From a virus: DNA of 64,000 bases. The stretch lies in the IMG/VR virus record IMGVR_UViG_3300045988_015843. The stretch is one strand, 5' to 3'. Position 1 is the first letter of the stretch. Each line of letters begins with the position of its first letter. Shown piece after piece: positions 45,301-60,300 of this stretch. The position numbers and the translations under genes were made by a program. Below the pieces are notes generated by a model, which was not told the origin of the DNA, made no database searches, and was given only the letters and a program-made list of their open reading frames with translations.

Positions 45301-48300
45301 CCTGATCTTATTGCTATTGATCAAGATGGTGGTATCCACATGATCGATATTAAAACATCAACAAAATCATTCTACGATGGTGAAGGTTATTCTAGTAGAT
45401 ATGTTGATGTTTATGGTGCTGATACATGGGGTCAGAGATTTAGCACACAAACGCAATACTCTAATCAACAGACTGCATATAGAATGTTGATGAAAGCATC
45501 GTTAGGATTAGATACAACTGCTGAATTAATGCCGTATGTTGTAGACTACAACTACGGTACTGGACTGATATCAAATGTTGTGCTTGAGCCACGTATTCCT
45601 ATTATATATTCTGATTTTATAGAGGCAATGTTCAATGGTGTGGAGTATTCAACGACTGAAAACTACACTATGATGTCTGGATTCTCTGAACGATTTGTTC
45701 AAGGTATTTTGGATACATATAATACAGCAATAGAAAATTACAATAAAGCTGTTTCTGACTTTGAAAGTCAGGTTGGACAACTTCCCAAACAATTCATGTT
45801 TGATCTCTCTATTATTGAGTATATGACCCCTGCACAGTATACTCTTGATGAGATTCATAGAATAGACGCAAAAGCTAAAAGGTTGTGGGATATTACGCAA
45901 CAGATACATCATTGTATCGAACAAGCGTTGGCTAATGAAGAAGATAAAGCCAATGGGCAATCTACTACCGGGTCAAATCCTAAACCTTAGGCTACACCAC
46001 AGCCTGAAACTAAACCAGAACCTGAAAAACAACCTAACGCTCAAACAAAGCCTAGTGAACAACCACAAGTTAAACCAAGTGATAGTTCTACAGAACCAAC
46101 AGGTTTGATTAGACTTTCAGACGGTTAGGTTTATAAATTCTCAGTTAGTTTCGAGAATCCATATCCGCAGATTCAAAGCGATCGTGCTGAAAGAGATACA
46201 CAGTTTGCAGCTATAATAAATGCTGCTGACTTTGGATTACCTGAAACCACTTTTGCTACGATATCTAATACTGGTAAAAATCTCGATAAGATATAGATTA
46301 AGATAACATACGTAGATAGAAAGACTGGTAAGAAATATGAGTTTGGTAAGACTCTTCCTAATGGTAAGCGAGATTATTTGTTTATAAACTCTGGTAATAA
46401 CTTACCGGGACATGACGTTACAGCAAATTTCAGAGCGTTATATGATCTGGCTATGCAGCTCACAGAGTACAACAAAGCTAATCCTGGCAAGAAAGCTATT
46501 CTTCGTGTCACATAGTGGTATCGTACAGATGGTAGGATGATATATAAAGAGGAGGATGGTGTTGTGTCTCGTGAAACACATCCTGTCGTAGATCCTAAAC
46601 TAGGCATTATTACAGACGATCTATATCAATTTAGTGCTGAAAGCCAAGTTCCTGGTGATACACGTACAATGTTAAACGATATAGGCTTTGTAAAAGATGG
46701 CGCTGTTTATACGTATGGCGATAGTAGTACTAGACGTCAATTAGATGTTGTACCTAAAGATATCCCTAATGGATTTATAGTATATTCTAAACGTATACCA
46801 AGAGCCGAAGCACCTGGTGGATTTAGACGTCTACCCATTGTACTAAGGAAAAGAGCCCTTTCTGACGGAGATGTTAATTTCATAATGGATGTTCTTAAGG
46901 ATCCATCATTGCTTGGCCAACCTTATAATGGGTTACATGGAGCAACGATAGGTTCTATAAGTAATCTTATTTTACCTATTATAACAGACGCTAAGTACCT
47001 ATCACCTCAAAAGAAGCTGTTTGTAGATCGTGCTAGCAATACAGTTTATTATATAACTGCTAAAGAATGGAAAGATGCCAAAGACGGTGTTGGAACACTG
47101 AAGGGTTACAACATGTCTAATGAAAGTCATGTTGAAGAGTTAAAGCAAAGGATAAAAGATTTGTCTATAGAAGTTAACTCTGATATGATGCAATCTAGAT
47201 TTGGTAATGACACTGATTCAAACTTACCGTTGAAAGCTATACGAGAGTGGTTCAACGACAATCCTTCAGAAAAAACATTTACAGTTAGAGGTAGTCTTGG
47301 TAATACGTCAATATCATTTGATAGGAGTGATTTCCAAGATCATAAGACTGATAACGGCGATGTGTATAATGGATTAAGTGGTGCTGGTTGGTATTTACGT
47401 AGTGGTATATTACAAACAAATGCTGTTGGTATTGGTGCACCTCACGTTCACATCAACGCAGTTACTATGGACACTAAAGGATATCCGAAAAAATTGTTTA
47501 GTAACGGAGCTATTATTGATGATACTACAGAGTCAAAACAAGAGCCCAAGACTGAAACTAAGCCTGAATTGAAAATAAATCCAGATTCGAAGAAAAAGCC
47601 ACCTAAACCTAGTCCAACGAGCGGTGGTTAGAAATCTGATTCTGCATTAGGTGCTTTATCGTCACTTCTTGACACGCAAGATGACAATCAAGTCACGACC
47701 GATAATATAGATAACCAATCTGCTGATCAACAAGCTTTGGATAATGAACAGATAGAAGACTGGGAGCTCTTTCATATTGGACGAGTTGCCACAGGTAAGA
47801 CTATCAATAAAGAGAAAGCTCGTAGACACGCTGAACATATTCTTGGAAAAGAGTTTGTTTCTGATGATAGAACATTTGGATTTATTGATGGCGTTATTAA
47901 ACAATTCGACGATGGATCTGCTGTATTAGGTGTATGTAGAAAAGATTCGATAAGATTATCATCACTCGCAGAGAACGGTGTTGAATATCACGAGGCGTTC
48001 CATAGAATATTCGAGCTTATTATACCAGAGCATTTACGTGATTCTATATACGAAAAGGTTGCTGCTGACAATGACATAGATTTGAAAAACGATCCTGATT
48101 ATACGAACCATCGTAAGGTTGCAGAGTTGATGGCCGATTGGTATTGGGATTATCAAGTTGGACGATTCCATGTTGATTCTTACAACATATTCGCAAAAGC
48201 TTGGAATAGAATGCGTGACTTTGCATTACGTTTCACCAATAGATATCGTAATGATCGTGCGATATTAAAACTATTCTCTGATATACGTAGAGGTAAGTAT

Positions 48301-51300
48301 GCATCTCGTAAAGCTAATAGTAGTGCTATAAAACGATTTGTTACAAACTTTAAAAACAACTTGATGTACAAACAGCATGGTAAGGATTTCAAACACATCG
48401 TTGGTGATGAAATGTATTATCATATTGTTGAAAGTGCAAAGTTCTTCGTATTTACCGGATCTGATATAGCTGTTAACGGTTCAAATATATCTGATTTGAG
48501 CAATGCTTTAAACAAAGAAACTATTCTGAAAGGTGCTCAACGTCTTGCTGATGCAGGCAATGATATACTCGGAATCAACTTATCTGAAGACCAAAGAAGT
48601 GAGGGTCAAAAAGCATTGTTTGAGCTTATAGACAATCTTGATAATATACAGTTTAAATTAGATCTTGCTAATTCTATAAAAGCTATTAGTACTAACTTCG
48701 AACAAGTTGAATCTGAAAAAGCTGATAACGATGCTGATGCAGGTGATACGTATTCTATAAATCAATCTATAGAAGGCCATATAAAAGATGCCGTCGAATT
48801 CGATCCGTTTGAGAAAACGTCTCAGCAGGTCAGATTCTTCTTTGCAACAATACCAAATCAGAAATGGTCATATATGCCTAGTATACAAAATGGTAGGGTC
48901 AAGCTTGTTCGTACTAAAGAACAAGTCTTTAACGAGTATGGTTTACCTGAGTTTATACCTGTACGAGATGCTTATAACAAGTTTATAAACACTGTACATA
49001 ACGTAGATACACTCGATGAACTAATTGATACTCTCAACAAGAAGGCTCAGATAGAACCGTTCTATGAGACGATTGCTGAGAACATAAAGGCTGTTATGGA
49101 TAAGCGCATGTCATATGATGGAGATTCTGTCAAATATGACATTGATGCTGAAAACCTATTAGTTCAGATAATGGCACAAGCTCGTTCTAATAAGTACAAC
49201 ATGGTTACCATGATGAGCTCTAGTGCTGAAGAAGGTGTTGATACAACATTCGGAGAGTATAAGACTAGAGTCATGCCTACTGGTGTAGAGTATCAAGCTA
49301 GAAATACAGCTATTTCTTGGTCATCTAATTTTGCTAATGGTGGTACAAATCTTGTTAAGATAACTAAAGTTGGAAAGCGTGCTATAAACGATAAGGATGC
49401 TGATGCAGCTAGTACGTTCTCAAACTTTGCCAAGTTCTTAACTGGTACATATGATAACAAACGTTTATCCTTGAAGGATTTTATACAAAACGCTATACTT
49501 GGAAAGCTTGGACTGAAACAATACTTAGGATTACCAGTTGGAAACAAGATATTTAAGATACAAGATATAGACGATGTTTCAATGCAGTTATGTAAAGAAT
49601 ATATCGTACAACAGTTGAATTCTATGGGTATTAACATAGAACTCAATGCGTTTAACTATATGCTTGTTGAAAAATACGGTTCTGCTGGTGCTGAAGCATT
49701 GTTGAAGATGCTAACATCAACAAATGTTGAGGATTCTATGACTACATTCATACAGTTCTTAAATAACATTGTTGTAAACAACCAACTAAATGTTACAGAT
49801 GACAACAAGTTCTATGTTGGATCTTTGCCAGTCGCACTTGATTTGATCTATACAAAGTTTGCATTCACTAGTAATCTGGCTAACTGGCAGTATAGATATA
49901 AGCAAGCAACAACTTAGTTATCTGTAAAGGGTTCTGGTAATAACCTTAAATACTTAATATCTCAAAACAACTTCTTAACAGATAGTACTCGTGACTTCAA
50001 TAAAAGGGGTCCTCAATTCCAACTTATATCATCTGGTACAGATCCATACATCTATTCAACACGTACAGATCCAAATACAGGCCAGTCTATTTGGGCAGGA
50101 TCTTTTGTATTGCATAGTATGTTAAATAATAGCCAAGCATCTATTGAATTACAATCGCTTGATGGATTCCGTACAGACAACAAAGGTGATTATGGTGCAG
50201 ACTATTTTTAGATGACGAATGACGAGGATATTCTAAGTAAGATTAGATTCTTGATGGATAATTCTCTCATATTCCAAACATTGTCTGATAAGAAGAGTTA
50301 TTTCACCGTACATCTCAAAGGTTTCCGCATTCCTGGTATTGATTATTCTCACATGTACGATAATTCTGGAAAGGTTGTTGTAGATGGTAATGCGTTAGGT
50401 GATCAGATTACCAACGGCAGTTGCTCATATGATATTGCTGGTTTTGGCACACCTGTATTAATGCAAAGACAAGACGTCATAGATCAACTTTTATCATATG
50501 CATATGCTGAGCGTGAAAGTATTATTAAGACTATTAACGCAATGTCTGAAATGACTGATGATGAGAAGAAGAAGGCTGTTAAAAATTTCTATTCTTCTCA
50601 AAACGGTGCTAAATTCTCATCATTGCTTGGAATATGGCCTGTGACTGAAAGCGGTGTTGGATCATATTTATCGTTTAATAATGAAAAACTAACTCCTAAA
50701 AAAGCTCTCGAAAGAGCAGATGAATACTTCTTTGCACCAACAGTTGGTAATAAACCAATGACAGAGCGGGCTGCTAATGACTATCGTAGAACTTTAATTG
50801 AGCTGAATTTACAAAGGCGTTTAGACGCTATGATGGAAAACTTACAACATCGTGGTCTTATTGCAAAAGATTCAGATGGTTATTTAGTAAACAAAGGTCT
50901 TCCAGCAGATGCTATTGAATTTATAGCGAAGTCACTACTTAGAAAACAAAACAAACTCGATGCTACAGGAAACGCTATAGACCAGAACACAATGCGTATG
51001 GCAATACATACTGCAATCGGACTGTTTGCAAACGACATGATGGTTAAATCTATCATGTCAGTACAAGAAACCGAACGTATTTATGCAGCAAACCCTGCGT
51101 ATTTCAAATGGAAGTACGATAAGAATACTGGTGAACTATCTGATCGTACTGTAGATGAGCTTAAGCGTGCTGGCGGTTTCGTATCTACTGGTATAAACAA
51201 CTTTATGGAACTTACTAACATTCCTCAACACTGGCTTGATAAGGATGGTTAGTTTACAGGTGAATATCGTTGTTGTGAGATTAAAGATGAAGAAGTGGCA

Positions 51301-54300
51301 TCTCCTCAAATAGAGGAAATTAAAACACTAATGACAACGTCTGCTCGTGTACAAGCGTTACGTGAACATTATCTAAAACAACAGAAGTCTGATTATGAAG
51401 AGCGCATACTTAAGATGAAACGTGACGAACGCCCTAACGAAGATGAACAGTTATATGAGCGTGAACGTATTGCATAGGATGTTGAAAATAAACTCGCTAC
51501 GATGAGTGATGACGTCGTTAAGCGAGAGCTTAAGTCATTAGGTATGTTGGATATTATAGACAAGAAGTCGAAAGCTGCGTATAATAGTTATACAGGAGGC
51601 ATTGATGTAAATGACGGTGCTGCATATATAACAGACGATATGTGTGAGATGCTTTTACGAATGGTTGGTTCGTATTCGTCAGAGGTGGCCGAAGCGTTTA
51701 AAATATTACGATCTACGTCTGTTAAAGATATGCGTTAGATTGCAGATGCATATACTAAGGTTATAACAACTGTCATTGGTACATAGAAATATACAGCCTA
51801 TGGCCGTAGGTAGGATTCTACTGGAAATATTGTAGATTATTATCACAAATATGCGCTGTTCCCAATATTCCCAATGCTTGCAACTGGTAAATTAGGAAAC
51901 ATCTATAATATGATGAAAACTAATAATACCGACATGGTATTGATTAGCTCTGCTGTAAAAGTAGGAAGCCAAGGTGCTGTAGCTAATCCTAAATGGGATG
52001 ATTATCGTCAAGATAATGATAAAGATAACAAAGCTAATTACAACAAAGACGGTTCGTTAAAGCCATTGTTTTCAGAATCATTTAAAGTCAACCCGTATTC
52101 TGTATCGTTTGAATATCTTCGTAAACAGTTAAATACTGATCCGAATGAGAAAAAGTATATGAATATTGGTACTTAGACTACTAAGATTGCATTAACAAAC
52201 TTGAATCTCCATGCACAATATTTAACAAGAAGTGGTGAAGTTAGATCTGGTTAGTAGATACATGACGATATCATGCAATCTATGAATGCTCTTAGTAATA
52301 TCGGAAGAGATTAGTTACGGAGCCAATATTTCTTAACAAACGATAAAGGATAGTTTGTTGATGAGAACGGAAATGTTGTAGATAAGCCTGTTGTAGATCC
52401 AGTTAAGTATTCGAAAGCATTAAAACAAATCATTGGTTCTGATAAAATAAGTTTGAATTTAGCTTAGGCACTACAACTTGTTCCTTATAAATACGGTAAT
52501 GGTAAAACTCGTTACAGGCTCAATATGCCTTTAGATGCTGTACAATCATCTAATTTCTTAGAATCTAAGATTATTTCTAATATAAACAAGTCTGTTATTG
52601 ATACTAAAACACCTGGTGCTGCATTCATACAACGCTCTGTGTGGGGTATGGAAGGTTCTACGCTATATGATAGTCGTAAAGGCAATATTGTAAGTGATGA
52701 TGATATTGCTCCGTCTATAAATGGTGGTAACAGCCTTCAGATGGTTAATGAAGAGGGCTCTATGGACTGTGTATTATCAGTAGATTTCTTTACAAAGATT
52801 CTTGGTGACTTGTTCCATTATACAACTGGTGGCGATTATATACTCGATAGATTTGGAGAGCGTATACCAGTAACCAGAATATATAAAGGCAAGACTTTGT
52901 ATAAAGTTAAATCTGCAGACATGTTTAACGAAGGTAAGTTTGTAGAAACATGGGTCGATGACATAGACAATCTTCCTGATGGTACTGAGGTAGTTTACAA
53001 GAAAAATAAAACAGAACACCATACACGTAGTTTTGATGAAGTTCGTCAATACCTGATAGATCAAGGTATGATTGGTCCTAAAGCTAAAGCTAACATTCTA
53101 GCTTATCGTATTCCTACACAGGCTCAATCATCGATCCACGCATTAAGATGCGTTGATATATTGCCTGTTGTTAACGATACTGTAATGCTACCTGCAGAGT
53201 TTACTAGAATTACAGGATCTGACTTTGATATTGACAAACTATATTTAACAGCTCTTAATTATCATAATAGAAAAGATGGTGGTGTATCTGATATATACGA
53301 TGAGGGTACTGAAAAATATTATCAAAACAAGATTGTAGATGCATATCTCGCATTGTTGACAGACAGAGCTGACGAGAATTCAAAACCAAGATCGTTTATA
53401 TCATTACACCGTTCTATTGATAACGATACACAGTTAGCATTTGACGCATTAAACGAAATTGGTACAACAGATTCTACCAAGACTGAACAACCATATCAAT
53501 TCTACGATCTTACTACTCAGACTGGTGTTAAGAATAGTTATATAACTGGTAAAATTGGTATTGGCCCGTTTGCATTGAACAACAATAATCACATCTTGAC
53601 ATGGCTATATCATGTTAGCTTTAAGCCAACTAAGAATTCAATCATGACATAGTTTGGCTTGAATAATCTTGATAATATGACAGATATAGATGGTGATTCT
53701 ATAATGGGTTGGTTGTCTGCATTTATTAACGGACACGTGGATATTGCTAAAGATGCGTGGGTTTCTCGTTGTAATGTAAACCCGTTCACATACAATTTAA
53801 CAAACTTGTTACTACGTACTGGTTGGGGTAAGAATACAATATTCTTTTTACGACAACCTATTATGATGGCAATGGCTGATGCATATATGAACGCTAGTTC
53901 TGAATATATGTCAGACGGAACATCAAAGTTTAGACGTCAACAACAAGCTATAGACGATGTTGTGTTTGGAGAAGATAGTAAATATCATCTTGAAAATGTT
54001 GTGGTTAGTGGTAGTACTGTAGCACAATGGTTAGAAGTTTTTGAAAGTAACGATCCTGAAACAGCTTAGCTTAAAAAGGGTCTTAATGAAGACTTGAAAA
54101 AGATACTGACTCGTGAAAATATGCTAGCTTAGGCTAAAACACCTCTTGGCAAAATGGGCGATATATAGTTCCAAGCAGCTGTCTATCTTGCATACAAACA
54201 GTTCGATAAATACGCAAATGCATTGTCAAATCTAGTAAAGTATTGTAAGATTGATACTAAGAAACAGGGTAAGAGTATAGCAGAACAACTTGTTTGGTAC

Positions 54301-57300
54301 GAAGGATACGATGATTTGTTTAACAATGGTGAAACTGGTGCATTGTTTAACAGAGCGTCTCTTTTAAAGCTTAGAGATGAAAGCTATGTAGGTGTTAAGA
54401 CTGAAAATGCTATCAATGCTACAAAACATATTATTGAAGGTCAGTTCTTCAGTGGTTCACATTAGTTTATCAAAGCTATTGAAAATTTAAGCAAGCTTGT
54501 TGGTAATGAACATCGTTACGAAACTGTTAATTTTGTCGAAGCAGCTACAAAAGCTATTAGCGCATCGATCAAATCAGAATACTTTAATTATTATGTCAAT
54601 AAGCTATTTGGTGATTCTACATACGTAAGAGATCTTGTTAATGGGAGTTCGGAGCAGCATAACGTAAGATATCATTATGATAAAAAGGCCCCTTATATCG
54701 AGGTTGATGAAGATATGATTTATCCATTGAGAACGTATATTGGTAAACCGATAAATATTTCATGGAAGACCAAAAGCGGTTCTCAAATGAAAGCATATCC
54801 GAATGTTATCGTTGCTATTAGTGGTAATAAAGTATATCTTCAGAAGGAGATATAGTTCAATAGTAAGGGTAGAAGATCACCTCTTACTGTTGATGCCAAT
54901 ATAGATGTACAATTTACTCAAGGTAATAATACAATATATGACCGCATAGGAGCTCTTAAGACTCTTATTGAGAACAACAGTGCTCTTGCAGATCTTAAAG
55001 GTAATATATTGTTGCGTGATATAATATTAGCTGCAACATAGAAGTATACTCCATCTCATAAACGCATTGCTGGAGAAGCATCTGATACGTATGATGATCT
55101 TAAGTTCATTAAGCTTGAAACATTCTTTGAAGATAATGGAGATAAGACTGATCAGTATATTAGAGCATGGGATTCATTGCTGAGATATACTAATGATAAT
55201 GAAAGATTGTAGAATGCCATTCGTAAATTAGCAAACGATCTTGTTATATACGCATTTATAACATCTGGCGATACTAAAGGATCCACTAAATTATTCCAGT
55301 ATGTACCTGATTCCTGGAGAAACGGTGAGTTTAATCCTGAAGGTGTGACATCATATGCTGAATTTATTCGTAATAAACTTGACGAGTTAAATGGTTATGG
55401 CGAAACTAAGATAGATCTTGATGATGTTATATTGAATAACTGGCAAAATGATCAGTTTGTACCAAGATATCGTGTGGATGATAAGGCTGAATAGCAAAAG
55501 CTGACACCTATATATACTGACGGACGTAATACATATGGTTATCCTGTAGTAATTCAGGGTATGAACATTGAAAAACCTGCGGATAAAAACCATATGCCTA
55601 AGGTAAATGTTGTAATAGATCCTACAAAGGCTCCTCAATATATTAAGATAACCCGTGATTATAAACATCGTAATTCACAAAGACAGTATTCTATATACAA
55701 GTTCCACTCTGTTGCTCAAACTGCTGATGGAATAAGGTATCCTATATACGTTAAAGTTGAACCAAAAGGTATTACTATAAAATCTTCTGGTGGTACGTAT
55801 ATGGTGACAGAATATGGTCGTTCAGACAGACTAGATAAGGCTGAGAATAGCACTATACCTGAACTGTTTGAGTTGTTATACACAGCTCAAAACTTCCAAG
55901 ATCAGTTGAGAGGTATGCCTAAGAGTGATCTAAAGGATTCTAATATATTATAGGACCTTAGACGATTTGCTGAGTTGGACATGGCTGAAAAGATGGCCAT
56001 CAGTCGTAGATCATATAGTGCTAATATGGACATTGCACAAACTCAATCTGTTCAATTTAATGATACAACTTAGAATGTGAATGGTGTTACTAACACTGCT
56101 GTAAATCCGCTTACTATATCTGATAAAACTGAAGCATTTGGTGTAACTGTAGATCCTAAGCTTAAATAGAATTACAAACAATGGTTAGTAGATCATCCAA
56201 ATGGTATTGTTGCGTATAGGATTAATTATAATAACTTTAATACTGCTGAAAATGTAAATAAGAATATTATAGGAAATCCATTTGATTGGTAGAAATATGG
56301 TCAAGAAAAATCACTATAGATGTTCTACGAATGGCTTACTACAGGGACTAATCATGGCGAAGTTTTAGCTACCGATGAATATCGTAATGCTATAATCAAC
56401 AAGTTGCTAAGTATAGACAAGCCTGAAATTTTATATTACAAAGAACTTGGTCATCCTAGTCATGCAACAGTTCTTGGATATCTTATTGAACACAAAGAGC
56501 TGTTACAACCTCAATCTCAAGCAAGTACGTCTGTTACCAGTAGTGCTACTTAGACAAATGATAGACCTGTTAATATATATTTTGGCAATGGTCAAAATGA
56601 TGAAAATATCGAATTAAGTAATTTTGCAATAAGGCCGTTTTCGTTTACGCCAAAAGATTTTTATTTCGGAGATGATGCTCGCGAACACCAGTTTTATAGT
56701 GTAGAATAGGCGTTTTAGTATTATAAAATAATGGTGTTGGCGTCTATGTCCGGCTCTTTAAATTATTCGATACCTACAGGTGCTCAAGAGGCTGCTAGAA
56801 AAAGTATAAGTGCAAATAGAAACATTTTATTAAAAAGAGCACGAGAGATATTAAATGCTTCAACTTCTGCGCATGCGAGATATTTAGGTAGACAGCCTCT
56901 TGGATTGTAGGATGTATCTTCTCAATTTGGAACTATTGCCTCTGCCAAAGATATTGAAAAGTCTATATTTAAAGTTTGGGATGAGAGAAGTTCAAAAATA
57001 ATGAAGGCTCTTATTAAAGCTTCTTTTGAACAGAATCCTCAAGCAGCTCAAAGACTTCTCGACACTGGTAACGCTACACTCACGCATAACCAAGATAAAT
57101 CTAAGTGGAAGATTGAATTCCCAAGATTGTTAATGGAGGTTCGTGATGAGTTACGTAAATCTCAAAGTAATAGTGTTGATCAAACAAGTAGTATCGTAAA
57201 TATAACCAATGATCCTCAAGAAATTATTAGTCTAAACAACGTTGTCATAAGACCATTTGTGCATACGTTCGAAGACGGTAGTAAAAAGGAATTTAAATCT

Positions 57301-60300
57301 ATAGCACAAGCCTTTCAATATATAAAAGCAACGTATGCAGATCCTGTTGTTAACGAAAATATAATTAGACAGATAGAACAGACTACAGATCCTTCTGATT
57401 TAATAGACCTTGGTGAATTTATCAAACAACTTGATGTTAAGTCTTGGGATAATGATTCTTATAATATAATGACACAATTAACCAAAGAATCATTTGAACA
57501 AAATCCATCTGCTGCTAAGATTTTGACTAATGAATTACGTAAAATCGGTGTTGACACTTCAAGTAAACCTCAGAGTAATAAATCTTATAACAGTATAACA
57601 ATAAGCACAGGTTATACAAAAGGTGAACCTGAGGATAATCCGAATACAGATTATGTATTTACTGAGAACGCAGAGGCTGCATTAGCTGTATCAAGTCGTG
57701 GACACGGTCTGGATAAGAGTGGAATATTTGACCAAGAAGAATTCCCGTTCAAAGGCAGTGTTAAGTTGAACGTATCTGATGTACATCAAACTAACAGTGC
57801 TGCTGTACGTACTGACGCCAAAGGAAACATTACACAAAATGCATACGGTATTGTTGTTAAAAAATATCAACATGATGCGAATGGTAAATTTGTAGCACAA
57901 CCAGGATGTTTTGAAGATACAGATGAAGATTTTAAAAAATTCAAATCTATCAATAATATCGTCTTTAAAGACATAGAGCAATCTAAAAACACAAACATAG
58001 TATTTCCGTCACAGATCGCTCTTGGGCGAGCTGCGTTACCATTGCAATTTGCGGGCTGGTTACACAATTAGCTTGAGCAAAGATTTGGGTTGGAGACTAA
58101 TATAGAACGATCTAAAAAAGCTTCTTACGAAGGTTATGGTTTACGTGTAATTGGAGTTGGTACAAAAACTAACACATCTGTTGATACTAACAGCCAATCT
58201 AGTACTGAAGATTCTAAACCAAAGACTAATGAAGACAGTAAGTCTGTACAACAGATTAAATTAACAGCTGGTCAAGAAACTGCTAAGAAAGCCATATTGA
58301 ACTTTATAAAGACTGCAGATGCTTCCAAAGGAGAGTATTTCACTCTAACAGGTAAAGCTGGTACAGGTAAGACTACGTTAATACAAGAGGTTATTAGAGA
58401 GATTGCTAAAGACAATCCTTATCAGAGATTTGTTGTATCTGCATTAGCTCATAAAGCAGTACAAGTCATATATGGTAAGACTAAAAAGTCTTCAAAGTTT
58501 GTTTCTGCTTCAACCGTAGCATCGTTACTTGGTATGAAATTAGATCAAGAAACTGGAAAATTCAAGCAAGTTAAAAGTGGTAAATCCAAGATTAAACCCG
58601 GTAGTATATTGTTTGTAGATGAAGCGTCTATGTTGAATGAACAGAATATAGAATGTTTAATAGATGCTGCAATAAGTAGCGATTCTAAAGTCATATTCTT
58701 AGGTGATCCTGGACAACTTCCTCCAATACGAACAGGCGATCTCGTTAAGTACGGAACTGATTCGTTATCTCCGGTATTTAAGACCCAAAAGGATGAATAC
58801 TCAGCAGGTCTTACAGAAAGAATACGACAAGGAGAAGGTAGTCCGATATTGGATTATGCAGATACGTTCTGGAACTATAGTACAACAGAAGGTTAGACTG
58901 ATCGACGTGTTAATGACGAAAATATGTCTCGTGTTGAAAACGCTCAAGGATCTATTGAGTTTATAAACGAACAACAGGTTGATAAGATAGTACCGTTATT
59001 TAAACAAGCTGTTGAAACAAACAATCCTTCATTAGTTAAGATTGTAGCATATCATAATAAAGCTGTTAAAGAGTGGAACCAAGATATTCGTCGCAGTGTG
59101 TATGGTGATGAATATAGTCCGAACCCGTTACCTGGAGATATTCTGATGATGACAGATACATACAATGACCCAACGTCTGATGTTGCAAAACCGTTATTGT
59201 TTAATAGTGAAGATATATCTGTAATTAGTACAGGACCTATTCGTACAGTAGATGGTATTCAAATCATGGAGACTACTATAAAAGACGCTCGTGGCAAAAT
59301 GGTCACAGTGCCTTTAATAATACCTACTGCACAGAATATAGCTGCGTTTACTGCTCAGAAAAATAAGTTATTTAGTTATGCTAAGTCGCTAAAATCCAAG
59401 AATTATAGAGCATATCTTAATGCATTAGATACGGCTTGGAATTATGGAACAGAATGGGCTCATGTTGAATATGGTTATGCTATAACAAGCCATAAATCAC
59501 AAGGTTCTACATACGATGTATCTATTGTAGATTCTGCAGACATCAACAGTAATGAATTTATGTCAGACATCAGTAAAGCTCGTAGTATCTATACAGCTAT
59601 AACAAGAGCTCGTAACTCAGCTGTTATCTTACGTGACAAGCTTGGTACTCTCGATGTTGATCTGAAACAGCTTAATGACCGTATAAACGGTTATAAAGAT
59701 GGTTCTGTAACACCTCCTGCTCAGATCACACCTGATACTGTAGATAATGTAGGTAATACATATAAAGAGAATATCGAAACATTGGAGTCTGATAAAACAA
59801 TATTATCTAATGAAGAGATATTGAAGCTTAGACCATTTACTGGTAATGATAAAGCTCCTCGTATAGCTGTTGCGTCCGAACATACTGATCCTGTATTTTT
59901 TGCTAAGCATATAAAAGACTTCTTCGATGGTAAAACATCTGTAAAACGAAAGTTCGGTGATCCAATCACGGCCAAAGACATCGATGCTTTATATATTATA
60001 ACAAAGCATGATGGCATTCCTTTAAGAACCATTCTTTCTATAAAAATACCTAAGATAATACATTTCAGTATAACAGGCATGGGTGGTACTAAATATGAAC
60101 CTGGTGTTATGCCATATAACGAATTACTTGATCGTATTGGTGATTATATAAAGCAAGGTCTCGATCCATCTATGGTAACAGTTCGTATTGATCCTATTAT
60201 ACCTGGTGTAACACCTAGACATGTTATTGAAAATATTATAAAACGAGCGTCTTCTATGGGTATTAAGAATATAAGATTTAGTGTTATGGACTTTTACTCA

